Positions 26,063 to 39,312 are shown, counted from the stretch's first letter. The stretch: 64,000 bases of DNA from Octopus vulgaris (GCA_951406725.2 OX597814.1:129022001-129086000), one strand, 5' to 3'. Translations and numbers: made by a program. The notes: a model not told the origin generated them from the sequence alone.

Positions 26063-26968
26063 TTGGGTCATCCCATAAATAATGCGGTTTTTTTCAATTG
26101 CATGAACTAAAAGTTGAATGGGAATGGGATAAGATACCTGCATTAACTTGCTATAAAAGCAGGTAGTAATTTTACCTTGTGCTTATTCTTAGTGCAAGTT
26201 TTGAAAGGTGCAGTTCAATTTTAAGAGTTATTTTCTCAAAGATATAATGGAAGTGACAAAGGAGCATATTTGGCATTATGAGTTCAATAAAGGCAAAAGA
26301 AAGTGCGAGGAATATTAATGCAGTATATAGGGATTGGACAATAAACAGAAGCCAATGTCAACGATGGTTCCAGAAATTCCGAGTTGGAAACTACAACCTA
26401 GAAGACAAGCCTCATCCTGGAAGATCTGTAGAAGTCGATGAGGACATTCTGCAAACCTTTGTGGAACAAAATCCCATCATAACTGTTAAGGAACTAGTGG
26501 AGAAGCTTGAATTTGGTCATTTAACCAGTCATTCAAGTCAGCGCTACAAGGAAAACAATCACCTTTGGTTTCAAGACGAAAGGTGTTCTTCCATCAAGAT
26601 AATGCTCAGCCACATACAGCAAGGATGACATTCCAAAGGCTGGAGTAGTTTGAATGGGAAATGATGCCCTGCCCACCATATTCACTGGATATTGCCCCAT
26701 CTGATTATCATTTATTCTGCAGTCTTCAAAATCATTTGGACAGAAAATATATGAATTCTGCAGACAAGGTTAGGACAGCTCTGGAGGAATATTTTTCTTT
26801 ATAGACAAGTGAATTTTGGAAAAGGGGCCTTACAAGTCTACCAGAAAGGTGGAAGAGCATTGTAAAAAATGAAAGAGAGTATATTTTAGGTTAAAAAAAG
26901 CTTTGTTTATCTTAATGTTGAAAAATAAAAGTAGTATAAAAAAACGCATTATTTATGGGATAACCCAA
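26063..26968 (+). mobile_element. mariner (Tc1/mariner) transposon, internally deleted and pseudogenised
   Basis: TA TSD; TIRs ttgggtcatcccataaataatgcg / cgcattatttatgggataacccaa; HTH text QCQRWFQKFR.GNYNLED.PHPGR; catalytic HQDNA.PH and YSLDIAPSDYHLF, with stops and frameshifts. Confidence 0.93.
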
Positions 26969-29874
26969 TACATCTTTCTGGGGACAAAGCAGGTTCAAGC
27001 AATGCTTTTGTGTTTGATTCAATGGGTTATATTTTTGTCCCTACAAAAATTGGTCATTGTGTTGGAAAAAAATATAAAAGAAATAAATACCAATACTGAA
27101 TATTCTGTTTGTCAGCATTTTTGGCTGAAATTTCATCTGATTCCTTTCATCTTTGTTTGTAGCAATAATTAGAATGAGACAGCTAAAATGACAGGCATTA
27201 GATTGGATTAGTTAGGACAGAGATGAAAGAATCTGATGTAGCCAAATAGCAGTTCATTTGACCAATCTGCATACAACAGGGAATAATTTGGAAACTGATA
27301 ATACAATTTCCTTGGATCAATGATGTATCTCTTGAGTGATTGGTCAAAAGTCAACATAACGAGTCTCTTATTATATCCAAATCATCTTTACACTTTATGC
27401 TAGATTTTCTTGTAATTCTTTTTTATTGTTATTATTTTCATCATGTGACTGTATGTGGAATGAGTTTGCAATTTATTATTATTTAAATGAGTGTATTCTT
27501 GGGGCAGATATTTCAGATAATTGCTCTTCTTTGGACAAAAGCGTATCATTTATTCATTCATTTGTTGTAATATTTGAAATGCTTGCTCCTTTGTTTTTAC
27601 CAATCTATTCTGCTTCACCCAAACCAAATAAGGACAATAAAGGAGACAAACTCGTCTAATTTTAATGCTGCTAACTCAGTATTAAACAGCTGTTAATTCT
27701 ATGAGCATGCATTTTCACTTTCACACATCCTTCTCTTTGCAGCTCCCACTGATTATTCTCACTCCCTGTACTAAATGTGAACAGCCATCTAGCTCTTCTA
27801 CAAGAAGAACCTACTCCCCCCAAAAATTCTACTGCCTCATCACCTAGCTTAGAGCTGACCCTCACTAGTGCCAAAAGTACCCAGTAGACACTGTAAAGTG
27901 GTTGGCATTAGCAAGGGCATCCAGCCATAGAAACCATGCCAAAGCAGATTTTGGTGCACAATGCAGTCCTTGGACCCATTGGATCTTGTCTGATCATCCA
28001 ACCCATGCCAGATGTTAGATAATGATATATATATATATATACATATATCATCATCATCATAATTTAACATCCGTTGTCCATGCTGACATAGGTTGGACAG
28101 TTTGACAGGGCTGGCATGCTGGAAGGCTGCACCAGACTTCAGCGTAATTTGGCATCTTCTTTCAGTTTTCATCAACCAAATCCACTCACAAGGCTTTGAT
28201 TGGCTTGGGGCTATAGTAGAAATCATTTGACCAGGGTGCCACATAATGGGACTTAACCTAGAAACATACAGTTGGGAGATAGGCAGAGGGATAGGCATCT
28301 TTCAGTATCTATTTGGTTATTTCAACGTGAGCTTGTTGACACAGCACAACCAATATTATATAGTAAAATCAGTTTTAATTTTCCTTTTCTACCTTTCTTC
28401 TCTAAATCCCTGTTTTTCATTATCTACTGACAAGCTCTAAGAGCCTTCAGATTTTTGCCCATAAATATAAGCCAGCATCTTGTATCTGCCTTGATCTACA
28501 GCTGTTGTTTACAGAGCACACAAACTAACATTTCAGTCATTAGCCAGCTCAGCCAGGGAGCTATTTACCTCCCTGCTATTTCAGAGGTGTTACAGGTGCA
28601 TTTTAGGCTCACATGATAAGGCTTAGAATCTATTTTTGTTTCTAAATGGCCATATGTCTAAACCTAGCTCTTCAATAATATTAAAGTCAATGTATAAGTG
28701 TGTGACTTATCACCATCATCATTTCACATAGGCTTTCCATGCTGGCATGGGTTGAATAGATCATCATGATTTGAGTCATTTTCCATTGAGAGTTAGAGTT
28801 CCTGAAAGCTAGGTGCTCCTCCATATCATTTGACTTGGTTTCTATAGCTGGATGTCCTTCTTAATGACAACCACGACTGATTATATAAGTCAATATAAGG
28901 GTCGTTGATTGGCCCAGTTAGTAGTGTGATGGACAAAAATGCTTTGCAGTATTTATGAACCATGACATTATGAGTGAGTTCAAGCCTTGTAGAAGTCATA
29001 TTTGCTTCTCAGTCTTTCAGAAATAGGTCCTAGCTGGCCCCAATGGGGGTTGAGCTAATCAACTATACCCACCCTACTATGCTGAGACAAATAAAATTAG
29101 GAAGAACTGCAAAAAATTCAGTGTAAAGTGGGCAAGTAATATTTCATGCATATGTGTTTTATCAAGCAGCCCTCTCCCACTTGGAAATGGTACGATGGGG
29201 CCCCCAGTTGAGGAAAAGTTATCCATTCCTGATTTAGTCAAACAAATCAACCCCAGTTCTTAAGTTTTTAACACCTGGTACTTATTCTACCATTCTCTTT
29301 TTACTGGACAACTAAATCATGGAGATATAAACAAATCAGTACAGCTTGTCAAGTGGTGGTGCAAACACACACACACACACACACACACATTCACACAAAC
29401 TCATGCACACATGAGTTTCTATCTATCAGGTTTTTAGTTGCAGGTGCTTATACAATCACAAGCACGCACAAACTCTCTCAGCACCCCTCAACCTTGACCC
29501 AGAATGTTACACCTGGAAAAAGAGAGAACAGCACCAGCACCCAAATAGTACTCATTTACAGCTGAGTTGATTGGGGCAATGTGAAATGAAAAGCCTCACA
29601 CAAGAACAAAACACATTATCCTATTTAAGAATTGAACTCATGACATTTTGATCATAAGCTGAACACTTCAACCACCAGGCCATTCACTTTCACATGTTGT
29701 GTACTTTTGTAGTCTGTTACACTTTGTCACATATTGTAATATTTTGACTTTACCTTTCTTCAGCCTGAAATTCTTTCCAGTTCATACCATATTTCAATAC
29801 ACTAACAAATGGGCTGTTTTGAAATGGCACAGAAATGTGACTTGGTTCTCATATATTCTCTATTGTGATGTCTA

Positions 29875-29989
29875 ACATGGTTCCGGGTTCAGTCCCCCTG
29901 CATGGCACCTTGGGCAAGTGTCTTTTACTCAAGCCTCAGGCCAACCAAAGCCTTGTGAGTGGATTTGGTAGACGGAAACTGAAAGAAGC

Positions 29990-30046
<57 letters not shown>

Positions 30047-30240
30047 CTGTGTTTGTCCCCCCATCATTGCTTGACAACCGATGCTGGTGTGTTTACGCCC
30101 CTGTAACTTAGTGGTTCGGCAAAAGAGACCAATAGAATAAGTCCTAGGCTTACCAAGAATAAGCCCTGGGATCGATTTGGTCGACTAAAGGTGGTGCTCC
30201 AGCATGGCTGCAGTCAAATGACTGAAGCAAGTAAAAAAGT
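29875..30240 (+). mobile_element. SINE family A, 5'-clipped
   Basis: Family match from the B-box to the tail. Confidence 0.85.
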
Positions 30241-30484
30241 AACCAATTCAGGGATATAGATCCATTTTGCCAGCTGTAATCATTCAGGTCTAAGTTTGAA
30301 GTAGAACGTCTAATATGATGCTTAATTTATGGTTTTATAACACACCTTTTGTGTGTGTGTGTATGATTATATATATAAGCAAACTTAGAAGCAGGAAGAG
30401 AGTAGGTATTTTACAGAAAATAAAGTACATCTCGATTGCAAGATGACTGTGGAAACAGCTTAGATGTAAAAAAGTTGTTACCAG

Positions 30485-30556
30485 GCAGCTACAGAGAATC
30501 GAACCCTCTACCTCTCAGATACTGGCTGAGAGGTACATGGTTCACAACTATCCTGC
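30485..30556 (-). other. tRNA-like 72-nt sequence (pseudo-tRNA or SINE head)
   Basis: GGTTCGATTC T-loop, 10-bp stem TACCTCTCAG/CTGAGAGGTA, partial acceptor GCAG/CTGC; no canonical D-arm. Confidence 0.45.
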
Positions 30557-31439
30557 GTTTGAGATATATATATGTATATGTAGACGTACACACCATAATG
30601 ATGATGTGTGCGCATACACATACATATATATTTCAAAAGCAGGATAGCCGTGATGTATATATATATAGTTTGTGTGTGTGTGCAGTGCCGGTATATATAT
30701 AATATAGTCTGAAGTATTTAAATAGAATATAAAGATGTTGCATTCGTTTCTTAATACAATTTAAGAGTTCATAATATATTTCATAGTATCTTTGGGATTT
30801 AGCAGAGTTTACACTGTTGTAACCATGCAGACCATCCTTAAATTTGCTGAAAATACTGACCAGTATATAAGAGTTCAAAACTGGACATCAGTCACGTCGA
30901 TCATACAAGTCTGAGAAAGTCTCCACCTCATATAGAAAAAGCAACAACAATCTACTTGTCTATGAACAATAATTAAATTAATGTTAGTTTATTTAAATGA
31001 GTAAAAATTAAAAACATGACAAGAAATGTATGTGTAGTAAAAAAAAACAATATTTCGGTACGTTCAGGAGACACGTTTCAACTTTATTCATGCCTCATCA
31101 GTGAAGTACTGATCGTTCATTTGTAAGTGTAGATTTATTTAGCTGTTTATAAACAGTAATTTAGTAATTCGATATCAATAACAAACGATAGTTTGCTGTT
31201 GATACTGGAGTTTTAAATAGTCCTTTTTCAGTAGTACAACCTCAATAATTTTCAGTCAGTCAGTAAACATTTATTTGAAGTGATGAGGGGAATATAGGCG
31301 GTTTAAAAGTTTTAAAAAAAAGAATTATAGGAAATATTTGTCTTGTTCGTTTATATTTTTCCTGCAGAAAACAGTTCAGTTCAAAGTTGAATTGTAGGAG
31401 TTACCTCCCTTGACCTGCTTCGTTATTTTTTTTCTTGGA

Positions 31440-31560
31440 TCGCAAAGTGTACGTCTTTGAAATTACCATCTCTCTCTCCACCGCCCCTCTCTCTCCCCGC
31501 CCTCTCTCTCTATATTCACCGCCCCCTCCCTCCGCCTCTCTCTCTCTCAAGCAGGTATTG
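31440..31560 (+). promoter_or_regulatory. Possible promoter or first-exon region (GC boxes plus CT/GAGA repeats)
   Basis: Four CCGCC(C) motifs interleaved with (CT)n, followed by cag|gtattg; surrounding sequence retains CpGs. Confidence 0.3.
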
Positions 31561-31599
31561 TTCAAGTTATTTTAATTACTGAAAAATACCTCAGGTCAT

Positions 31600-31935
31600 T
31601 TCTTTTTTGGATTTGGTTTGCAAGATTCTTTATGTGAGTTCGTGTGTTGAAGCATATATATATATATACTGTTGTGTCTGGGGAGAGTCATTTTCTTGTT
31701 GTACCTTATAATTTAACACACTCACCGGTAAAAATTCCACTTATTTTTATTTTCCTAAAATTTTCGTTGCGTCTTCCACCTTTTTCAATAGTCTTGACTC
31801 TGACTATTGAAAAAAAAAGATTGCAAGACGCAACGAAAATTTTTGGGAAATAAAAATAAGGAATAAGTGGAAATTTTACCGGTGAGTGTGTTAAATCTTA
31901 AGGCACAAAAAAAAAAAAAATTACTCTCCCCAGAC
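31600..31935 (-). mobile_element. Retro-type insertion with internal inversion (about 125-bp fold-back arms) and 12-bp TSD
   Basis: acctcaggtcat at 31588-31599 and 31936-31947; arms about 31675-31794 and 31802-31937 are reverse complements; related non-inverted fragment at 59322-59425. Confidence 0.75.
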
Positions 31936-32079
31936 ACCTCAGGTCATATTTATAGGCTTGAATTATAAAGAAAAAAACATCTCCCCCTCTCACATATATA
32001 TGGCTTGAGATGGGCAAGAAAACACACTTTTTACATCCTGTTTACATTTAATGTATGCGTTATGTATGTGTGTATATAT

Positions 32080-32270
32080 TCTTTTCTTTTACTTGTTTCA
32101 GGACTTATTCTTTATAAGCCTAGTACTTATTCTATCGGTCTCTTTTGTCGAACCCCTAAGTTACGGGTACGTAAACACAGTGGCATCAGTTGTCAAGCGA
32201 TATTGGGAGGGACAACCACACACACAAACATACATATACATACATGTACACACACAGACACACACACATG

Positions 32271-32314
<44 letters not shown>

Positions 32315-32402
32315 TATAGTCAATAATAATAAGGGTAAAATTAATTAATTAGTAATTAATAATTTTACCAAGCAGTGTTCAGTATGTAATATGACCATTT
32401 AC

Positions 32403-32451
<49 letters not shown>

Positions 32452-32660
32452 TGTTAGACTGATATATATAATGTTATATATATATATATATATATATACG
32501 ACAGGGTTCTTTCAGTTTCCATCTACCAAATCCACTCATAAGTCTTTGGTCGGCCCAAGGTTATAGTAGAAGATACTTGTCCAAGGTGCCAAGCAGTGGG
32601 ATTGAACCCAGAACCATGTGGTTCATAAGCAAGCTACTTACCACACAACTACTCCTGTAC
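32080..32660 (-). mobile_element. SINE family A with secondary insertions in its internal (TA)n
   Basis: Tail 32080-32270, head 32498-32660; foreign segment 32319-32404 sits inside the TA tract. Confidence 0.8.
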
Positions 32661-32897
32661 GTATGACATATAAATTATATATATGCTTACACATGATATC
32701 TGAATATTGAACCAAAAACCATGTTCCCAACCTAATGGTTTTAGGTTCAGTCCCACTGTGCAGCACCTTGGGCAAGTGTATTCTAGTATAACCTCAGGCT
32801 GACCTAAGTCATGTGAGTGAATTTGCTAGTTGAAAGTTTCATGTATCTATGTATGTATGATAGTCCTTGTGCTTCCTTTGACAGATAGAAGGGGATG

Positions 32898-33460
32898 CAT
32901 CATCATCATCATCTTCGTTTAACGTCCGCTTTTCATGCTAGCATGGGTTGGACGGTTTAACTGGGGTCTGGGAAGTCAGAAGGCTGCACCAGGCCTAGTC
33001 TGATCTGGCAGTGTTTCTACAGCTGGATGCCATTCCTAACGCCAACCACTCCAAGAGTGTAGTGGGTGCTTTTTACGTGCCACCGGCACAGGTGCCAGAC
33101 GAGGCTGGCAAACGGCCACGATCAGATGGTGCTTTTTACGTGCCACCGGCATGGAGACCAGACGAAGCTGGCAAACGGCCACGATCAGATGGTGCTTTTT
33201 ACATGCCATATATATATGTGTGTGTGTGTGCATGTGCATGTCTATCATCATCATCATTTAAGGTCTGTTGCCTGTGCTGGCATGGGTTTGACGGTTTGAC
33301 CAGGGCTGGTAAACTGGAAGGCTGCACCAGACTCCAGTCTGATTTTGCATGTTTTCTATGGCTGGATGCCCTTCCCAATGCCAGCCGCTCCAAGATGTGT
33401 AATGGATGCTTTTCGTACCACCAGCATGGGTACCAGTGTGTGACACCAGTATCTGCCACA
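32898..33460 (-). mobile_element. Two adjacent RTE-type LINE 3'UTR fragments
   Basis: (CAT)n starts at about 32898 and 33244; tandem 60-nt units at 33066-33208. Confidence 0.8.
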
Positions 33461-33979
33461 GATACACACACACACACACGAATATATTGTGTGCATATGT
33501 GTGTGTGTACATTTGTGTCTGTATATAAATATATAGACTCTAGCATGTAAGTGAATGAAGATTTTTATATATTTTTTACATACAGGTTCGATTTCATATA
33601 TTTTTAAGATATATATATTTATAAATATTCATATATTTTTAATACTAACTTTGCTATTCTGATGTGAATAATTTTAACTATATTGATTCAAATGTTATTA
33701 TCAAAAGGTACACATGGCTACTAATATGTATGACAGGGCAGGAGACTGGCTATGCTAGAACCCTTAACTGTGGCAGTCTGTTGAAAAGCTGGGGGGGGGG
33801 CTAGTGTATGTGTATGGAGGGTGTTGTTGAATGCAGTGGCAAGGTGAGTGATACAGTGGTGAGGTACGATGGAGAGAGGGAGATGGGACAAAATCTCAAC
33901 TGACTTTTGTTGTAAACTGATTGATATTAATGCTATATAGACTTTTGAACTACTACATGTGCCCCTGTGTGTGTCTTTT

Positions 33980-34375
33980 ATTATTTACTTGTTTCAGTCA
34001 TTAGATTGTGGCCATGCTGGGGCACTGCCTGGGACAATTTCTTTTCATCAAATGAATTGGCTCCAGCACTTGATTTTTTCTTTTTTGTTAAGCCTGGTAA
34101 TTGTTCTAATGGTCTCTTTTACTGGACCACTAAGTTATAGGGATATAAACACATCAACACTAGTTTGGTTATCAAGCAGTGGTGGGGGACAAACATACAC
34201 ACACACACACACATACTCATATATATACAATGGGCTTCTTTCAGTTTCCATCTGCCAAATCCACTCACAAGGCTTTAGTACAAGACACTTGCCCAAAGTA
34301 CCATGCAGTAGGACTGAACCTGGAACCATGTGGCTGGAAAAGCAAGCTTCATACCACACACCCATGCCTGCACCT
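33980..34375 (-). mobile_element. SINE family A, older copy
   Basis: Diverged family match; source of the spurious 195-aa ORF. Confidence 0.75.
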
Positions 34376-34992
34376 ATATGTGCGAATGTTCTGTTTTACT
34401 CTCATATTTTACATTTCACTTTCTCTCCTTTTCTTCATCTCCATCCTCTTATTCTGCATCAATTTCTTGTGTTTATATTCACATTTTTACTCCAGACTGA
34501 TATTTCTTTAATTCTCCAATTCAGTGTTTTGCCAATGTGGACGTGAAAAATTTGGAGAAAATATTTTTACAGCTGGATGAAATACCAATATATATATAAG
34601 TTTTAGAAAGAAAATTGTACTTCTATTTTGGCTTAAAGAAGCCTCTTCACTTCAGACTCTTTGAGTCACATGACATGTTAATGCTTACACCTACACGTGT
34701 GTGTGTGGGGGGAGGGCTGAGTGGTTCAGTGTTGAATTCATTACCCTGAGTCCATGGTCACAACTCCTGGACTTGAGCAAAGTACTTCATCTGATGTTGA
34801 TTTTCTACTGGGTCAAGGGTGAGAGAGAGAGAGAGTCAAGAGGGTGTTTATGTCTGGTCACAACTACATAGACATCTAAAGCTATTAATGAAAGCATCGT
34901 ACATACTACTCGGCTAAACTAGCTTGCAAGTGATGGCTGTGGTTTTACACACACGAGTAGTTCACATATCCAAAAAGAGAAGCATGCTTTAA

Positions 34993-35386
34993 TCCTTTTG
35001 TTACCAACCTGGCTGAAACCGACTCTGGCTCTGAATACAAATGTCTAGTTTTCATAAGTTTTGACTTAAAATCTTTCACCAAACCTTAGTCACAATTTAT
35101 TTTCGTAACACTAGCTGAATGATAACTAAGTTATTTTACTAAATTCATCATCATCATCATCGTTTAACGTCTGCTTTCCATGCTAGCATGGGTTGGACGA
35201 TTTGACTGAGGTCTGGCGAACCAGATGGCTGCACCAGACTCCAATCTGATCTGGCAGAGTTTCTACTGCTGGATGCCCTTCCTAATGCCAACCACTCCGA
35301 GAATGTAGTAGGTGCTTTGCTTTGTTATATCTAAAGTAATTAAAAGAAACACAGAACAACTCAAAATAAATACAGTAATGAAAGGG
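34993..35386 (-). mobile_element. piggyBac-type MITE interrupted by an RTE 3' fragment (35146-35318)
   Basis: TTAA flanks; the two halves join to give the reverse complement of 19723-19943. Confidence 0.85.
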
Positions 35387-35579
35387 TTAAAGCCATAATT
35401 AAATTTTTTTAGAAAGTTAAAAGTTATGGCCGATCATTGGTTTCGTATTTATAAAGTGCTTAGCAGTATAGGTGACTCATAAAACTTAAATGGCTGAAGG
35501 CACATCATTTACTCTCTGGAACTGGGTTACTCTATGATCAGCCATAACTTATAACTTCCTAAAGTATATATGTGTGTGT

Positions 35580-35790
35580 GTAATTAATAAAAAAAAAACA
35601 AGAAAAAACAACAACACAAGGACATGGTACATACAAAGTATTAGCAGACGCTCAGGGAAGGAAAGAAAGGTAATTTTACGTTTCAAGCAAAGCTCTTCTT
35701 CAGAAACAGGAGATGGAGGAAAATCCAAGAGAAAAGGAAGCCGGAGGAAAAAAATCACCAACGATCCACATGTAGTTACATTTTGAAAAA
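35580..35790 (-). mobile_element. Penelope-like non-coding element carrying a hammerhead motif
   Basis: Minus strand ttt-CTGAAGA-A-GAGC-TTT-GCTT-GAAA-CG-TA-aaa at 35674-35706; next to a TA/TG tract. Confidence 0.65.
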
Positions 35791-37170
35791 AAAAAAAATA
35801 AAGGGAAAGAGAAAGAGGAAAAAGAAGAAGAGTAGATGTAGAGCAGAAGATAGGTCAAGGGAAGATGAGTTAAAGAGGAAGAATCACGGGCAAATTATAA
35901 TGAGTCACAGTCAAGGTGCAGAAATGGTGTATTCCAAATGACCAAAGTAATGCAATCCAATGGTAGAAAGAATTCCATGAATTAGGTACTCCAAAGTCAG
36001 TCAACACAAGCACACACACACACACATATAGGGGTGGAAAGAAAGAGAGAAGTGATATTTTATAAATTTATGTGTATGTTTAAATTTATAAATGTGTATG
36101 TTTAAAGCTATAAAGTATGTAGTTAGTGGGTTGTATAAATGAGGTTTTTTTTTTCTCAACTTCTTATGTTATCTCTCTTTGCAGTAAAAAAATAAAGAGT
36201 CCCTTTATTCAGCCATCAGATAGGAAGGAGTTTAGCCCCTTAGTTATTGAAATTACTATCTTTGTGTGCGAAGGAGAGAATAATTACAGAAATTACTGTA
36301 GTGTGTAAGCGTAAATGCATGCTCCAGGCTGAAAAGGATGAACCAGAATGATAATGTGTGGTAAAGCCAGTTAGCTTTAATATTCTCTTAGTAAAACAGA
36401 AAATTACACGTTTAAGGAAAGATGAGTTTATATTAAGGTTGTTAATGTTTTCTTCTGCTGCTAATGTTACACAAAAGCATGACAATTCTTTAGTTTGTTC
36501 TTGTTATTGAAGAAATAATGGGCATTCTGTTTAACTAGCAGGAATGGATCAAATTAATATACAGTAGCAATAAAAACAGATGCGAGGTGTGTGTATATAT
36601 TGACATTTATTTCTCTCTCAATTATCTTAAATCGATCAGAATCACTTGGTTCCATGTCTTTTATGACATTCTTATATCCTTCTGCTGATTTAATATCCGT
36701 TTCCAACATTGTTTCTTTGTTGCGATATTTTTCTTTGTGTCTTTGTGTTGTGCGTTAATTCCTCTACTGTAAGACTTCTGTGCAAGGCAGTTAGAAGCAA
36801 CTGGCTCGTAAATGTCCATGTATTTGTTAGATGTGAATGTTTCATGATGTATTATTGTGTTGACAGAAGGGGGTCTTGACTTCCATATGAATCTGGTATT
36901 TACTCACAAAATAACTGCCATATCAACCACAAATGACTGGTTTGTGATTGAAGATGGAATCAATGTCTGTGGCAGGAAGATTTCTTTTTCTATACAGACA
37001 GAAATGGGTTGAACCCTTAAAAAAGAAAGGTGAAAATTTCTCACCAAAAGAAATTTAGGATTAGACTTTTCAATAAACTACAAGAGAATTAAGTGCACTT
37101 CATAACTTTCTTTTCGATCTTTCACCCATTTTGTCTAAACTACTTTCAATAACTACACACAACTTGAACT

Positions 37171-37341
37171 ATCATCATCATCATCATCATTTAACGTCCG
37201 CTTTCCATGCTAGCATGGGTTGGACGGTTCAACTGGGGTCTGGGGAGCCCGAAGGCTGCACCAGGCCAGTCAGATCTGGCAGTGTTTCTACAGCTGGATG
37301 CCCTTCCTAACGCCAACCACTCCGAGAGTGTAACCACTCCG
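37171..37341 (-). mobile_element. RTE-type LINE 3'UTR fragment
   Basis: Family match; short TSD gaactat. Confidence 0.8.
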
Positions 37342-37548
37342 AGAACTATGAAGAACATAATTGTTTTTTTATTTGAACACACCAGAGCATTGCTATGAGG
37401 TTGAGAAGTTTACTTCCCAGTCATGTGGTTTGGGATTCAGTACCATCGTGTGACACATTGGGATGTGTCACGTGATGTGTCCTCTATAGCTCCAGATTGC
37501 CCAAAGCCTTGTGAATGGATCTGGTCTAAAGAAACTGAAAGAAACCTC

Positions 37549-37589
<41 letters not shown>

Positions 37590-37685
37590 CAATGTATACA
37601 TATATCTTGTGTGTGTGTCCATCCTTGTCCTGACATTGTGTGATCATTGTAAATGAGTTACCTTCATACAAATGATGTCATTCAT

Positions 37686-37917
37686 TTCTTATTTCTTTAT
37701 TGCCCTCAGGGGGCTAAACATAGGGGACAAACAAGGACAGACAAAGGGATTAAGTCGATTACATCGATCCCAGTGCATAACTGGTACTTAATTTATCGAC
37801 CCCGAAAGGATGAAAGGCAAAGTCAACCTCGGTGGAATTTGAACTTAGAACAAAGCGGCAGACGAAATACCAGTAAGCATTTCGCCCGGCGTGCTAACGA
37901 TTCTGCCAGTTCGCCCG
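37686..37917 (-). mobile_element. SINE family B monomer nested in an A2 SINE (37385-38070)
   Basis: Family match; the host SINE continues on both sides. Confidence 0.8.
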
Positions 37918-38183
37918 TTTCTAATCTTTTGTGAAAGACATGTTTGGCTGCAGCAAAAATATCAGTTTGCTTGGAAACAAATCTGAGTTGGCAACAGAGC
38001 AGGCATCTGTCTGTAAAAAAATCTGCCTCACCCATGCAAACATAGAAAAGTGGATGTTAAAACAGTGATGTTAAATACAAATATAATTTTCATTTAATTC
38101 AGTAGAACTAAAAATATTTGTGAAAGTTGAAACCTGTCTACAGGTTAATTCAATAACTCCTTAAATACATCCAAAGTCAATTA

Positions 38184-38500
38184 ATCATCATCATCATTAT
38201 TTATCGTCCGCTTTCCATGCTAGCATGGGTTGGATGATTTGACTGAGGACTGGCAAACCAGATGGCTGTGCCAGGCTCCAATCTGATCTGGCAGAGTTTT
38301 TACAGCTGGATGCCTTTCCTAATGCCAACCACTCCGAGAGTGTAGTGGGTGCCTTTATGTGCCACTGGTATGAGGGCCAGTCTGGCAGTACTGGCAACGG
38401 CAGCCCTCGGAATAGTGTTTTTACATGCCACCTGCACAGGAGTCAGTCCCAGCGGCACTGGCAACAACCTCACTCAAATGTTTTGTTCGTGTGCCACCTG
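38184..38500 (-). mobile_element. RTE-type LINE 3'UTR fragment
   Basis: Family match with tandem units. Confidence 0.8.
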
Positions 38501-38944
38501 TCATTATTTATTCTTTTCAACTTGTGCAAAGAAAGTACAAGTAGTCTTGTTTAATATTAATTCATTTTGGCAGCATTTTCTAGTTTGGGATTTCTACTTG
38601 CCAACAATGACTCCCATGCTCCTTCTAGAGTAATATAGACTCACAGGGCCTGCTTCCCAGTTTCTATGGTGAGTATATTTTCCCCTGGATGGGATACTGG
38701 TCTGTCACAGGGTCACTCATTTTTGCCAGCTGAGTGGGCTGGAGCAGCATGAAATGGAGTGTTTTGCACAAGAACACAATGTGTTGCCCAGTCCAGGAAT
38801 CAAAACCACAATTAAGAACACAGTGCATAGCCCAGTCTTGAAATTAAACCACAATCTTAAGTCCAGCACCCTAATCACTAAGCCACGTGCCTCCACAAAT
38901 GACTACTATAGAGAATGAAATTAAGACTCCCCCATAATTTTCCT

Positions 38945-39312
38945 TGAGAGGCTGTTGGATGGAACTTACACTCGCTTCTTTATGAGAGCTCGAAATCTCT
39001 CGTGGAAACAGCATCCAACCAAAGTACAAATATATGGGAAATTACCACCTGGATCATCTCTTGTGAAAGGTAGAAGAGTCCAGTTTGCTGGACATTGTTG
39101 TAGAGCTGATAACGAGGTAATTTCTACTCTTCTCCTCTGGAAGCCATCTGCTCGCAATACCAGCGGGCGCACACTCTCCTACCCTGATGAAATCTCCAGG
39201 GATACAGGCATCCAGCAACAGGACCTCTGTAATGCTATGATGGACCGTGAAGTCTGGCGTAACATAGTAAATTCCATTGTCTCGACCACGGTTGAATGAT
39301 GATGATGATGAT
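38945..39312 (+). mobile_element. RTE/RTE-X-type LINE ORF C-terminus with (GAT)n tail
   Basis: ORF 38955-39299: DGTYTR.....NLSW..HPT...IYG.LP..S.....RR..FAGHC.R...E.IS.LLLW.P...MMDREVWR, then directly (GAT)n. Confidence 0.88.

Noticed and set aside
33959-34546. 195-aa ORF and similar recurring peptides (e.g. VEDTCPRCHAVGLNLEPCG, LDALPNANHS)
   Set aside because: Read-through of SINE A or RTE 3'UTR sequence; recurrence reflects repeat copies, not a gene family
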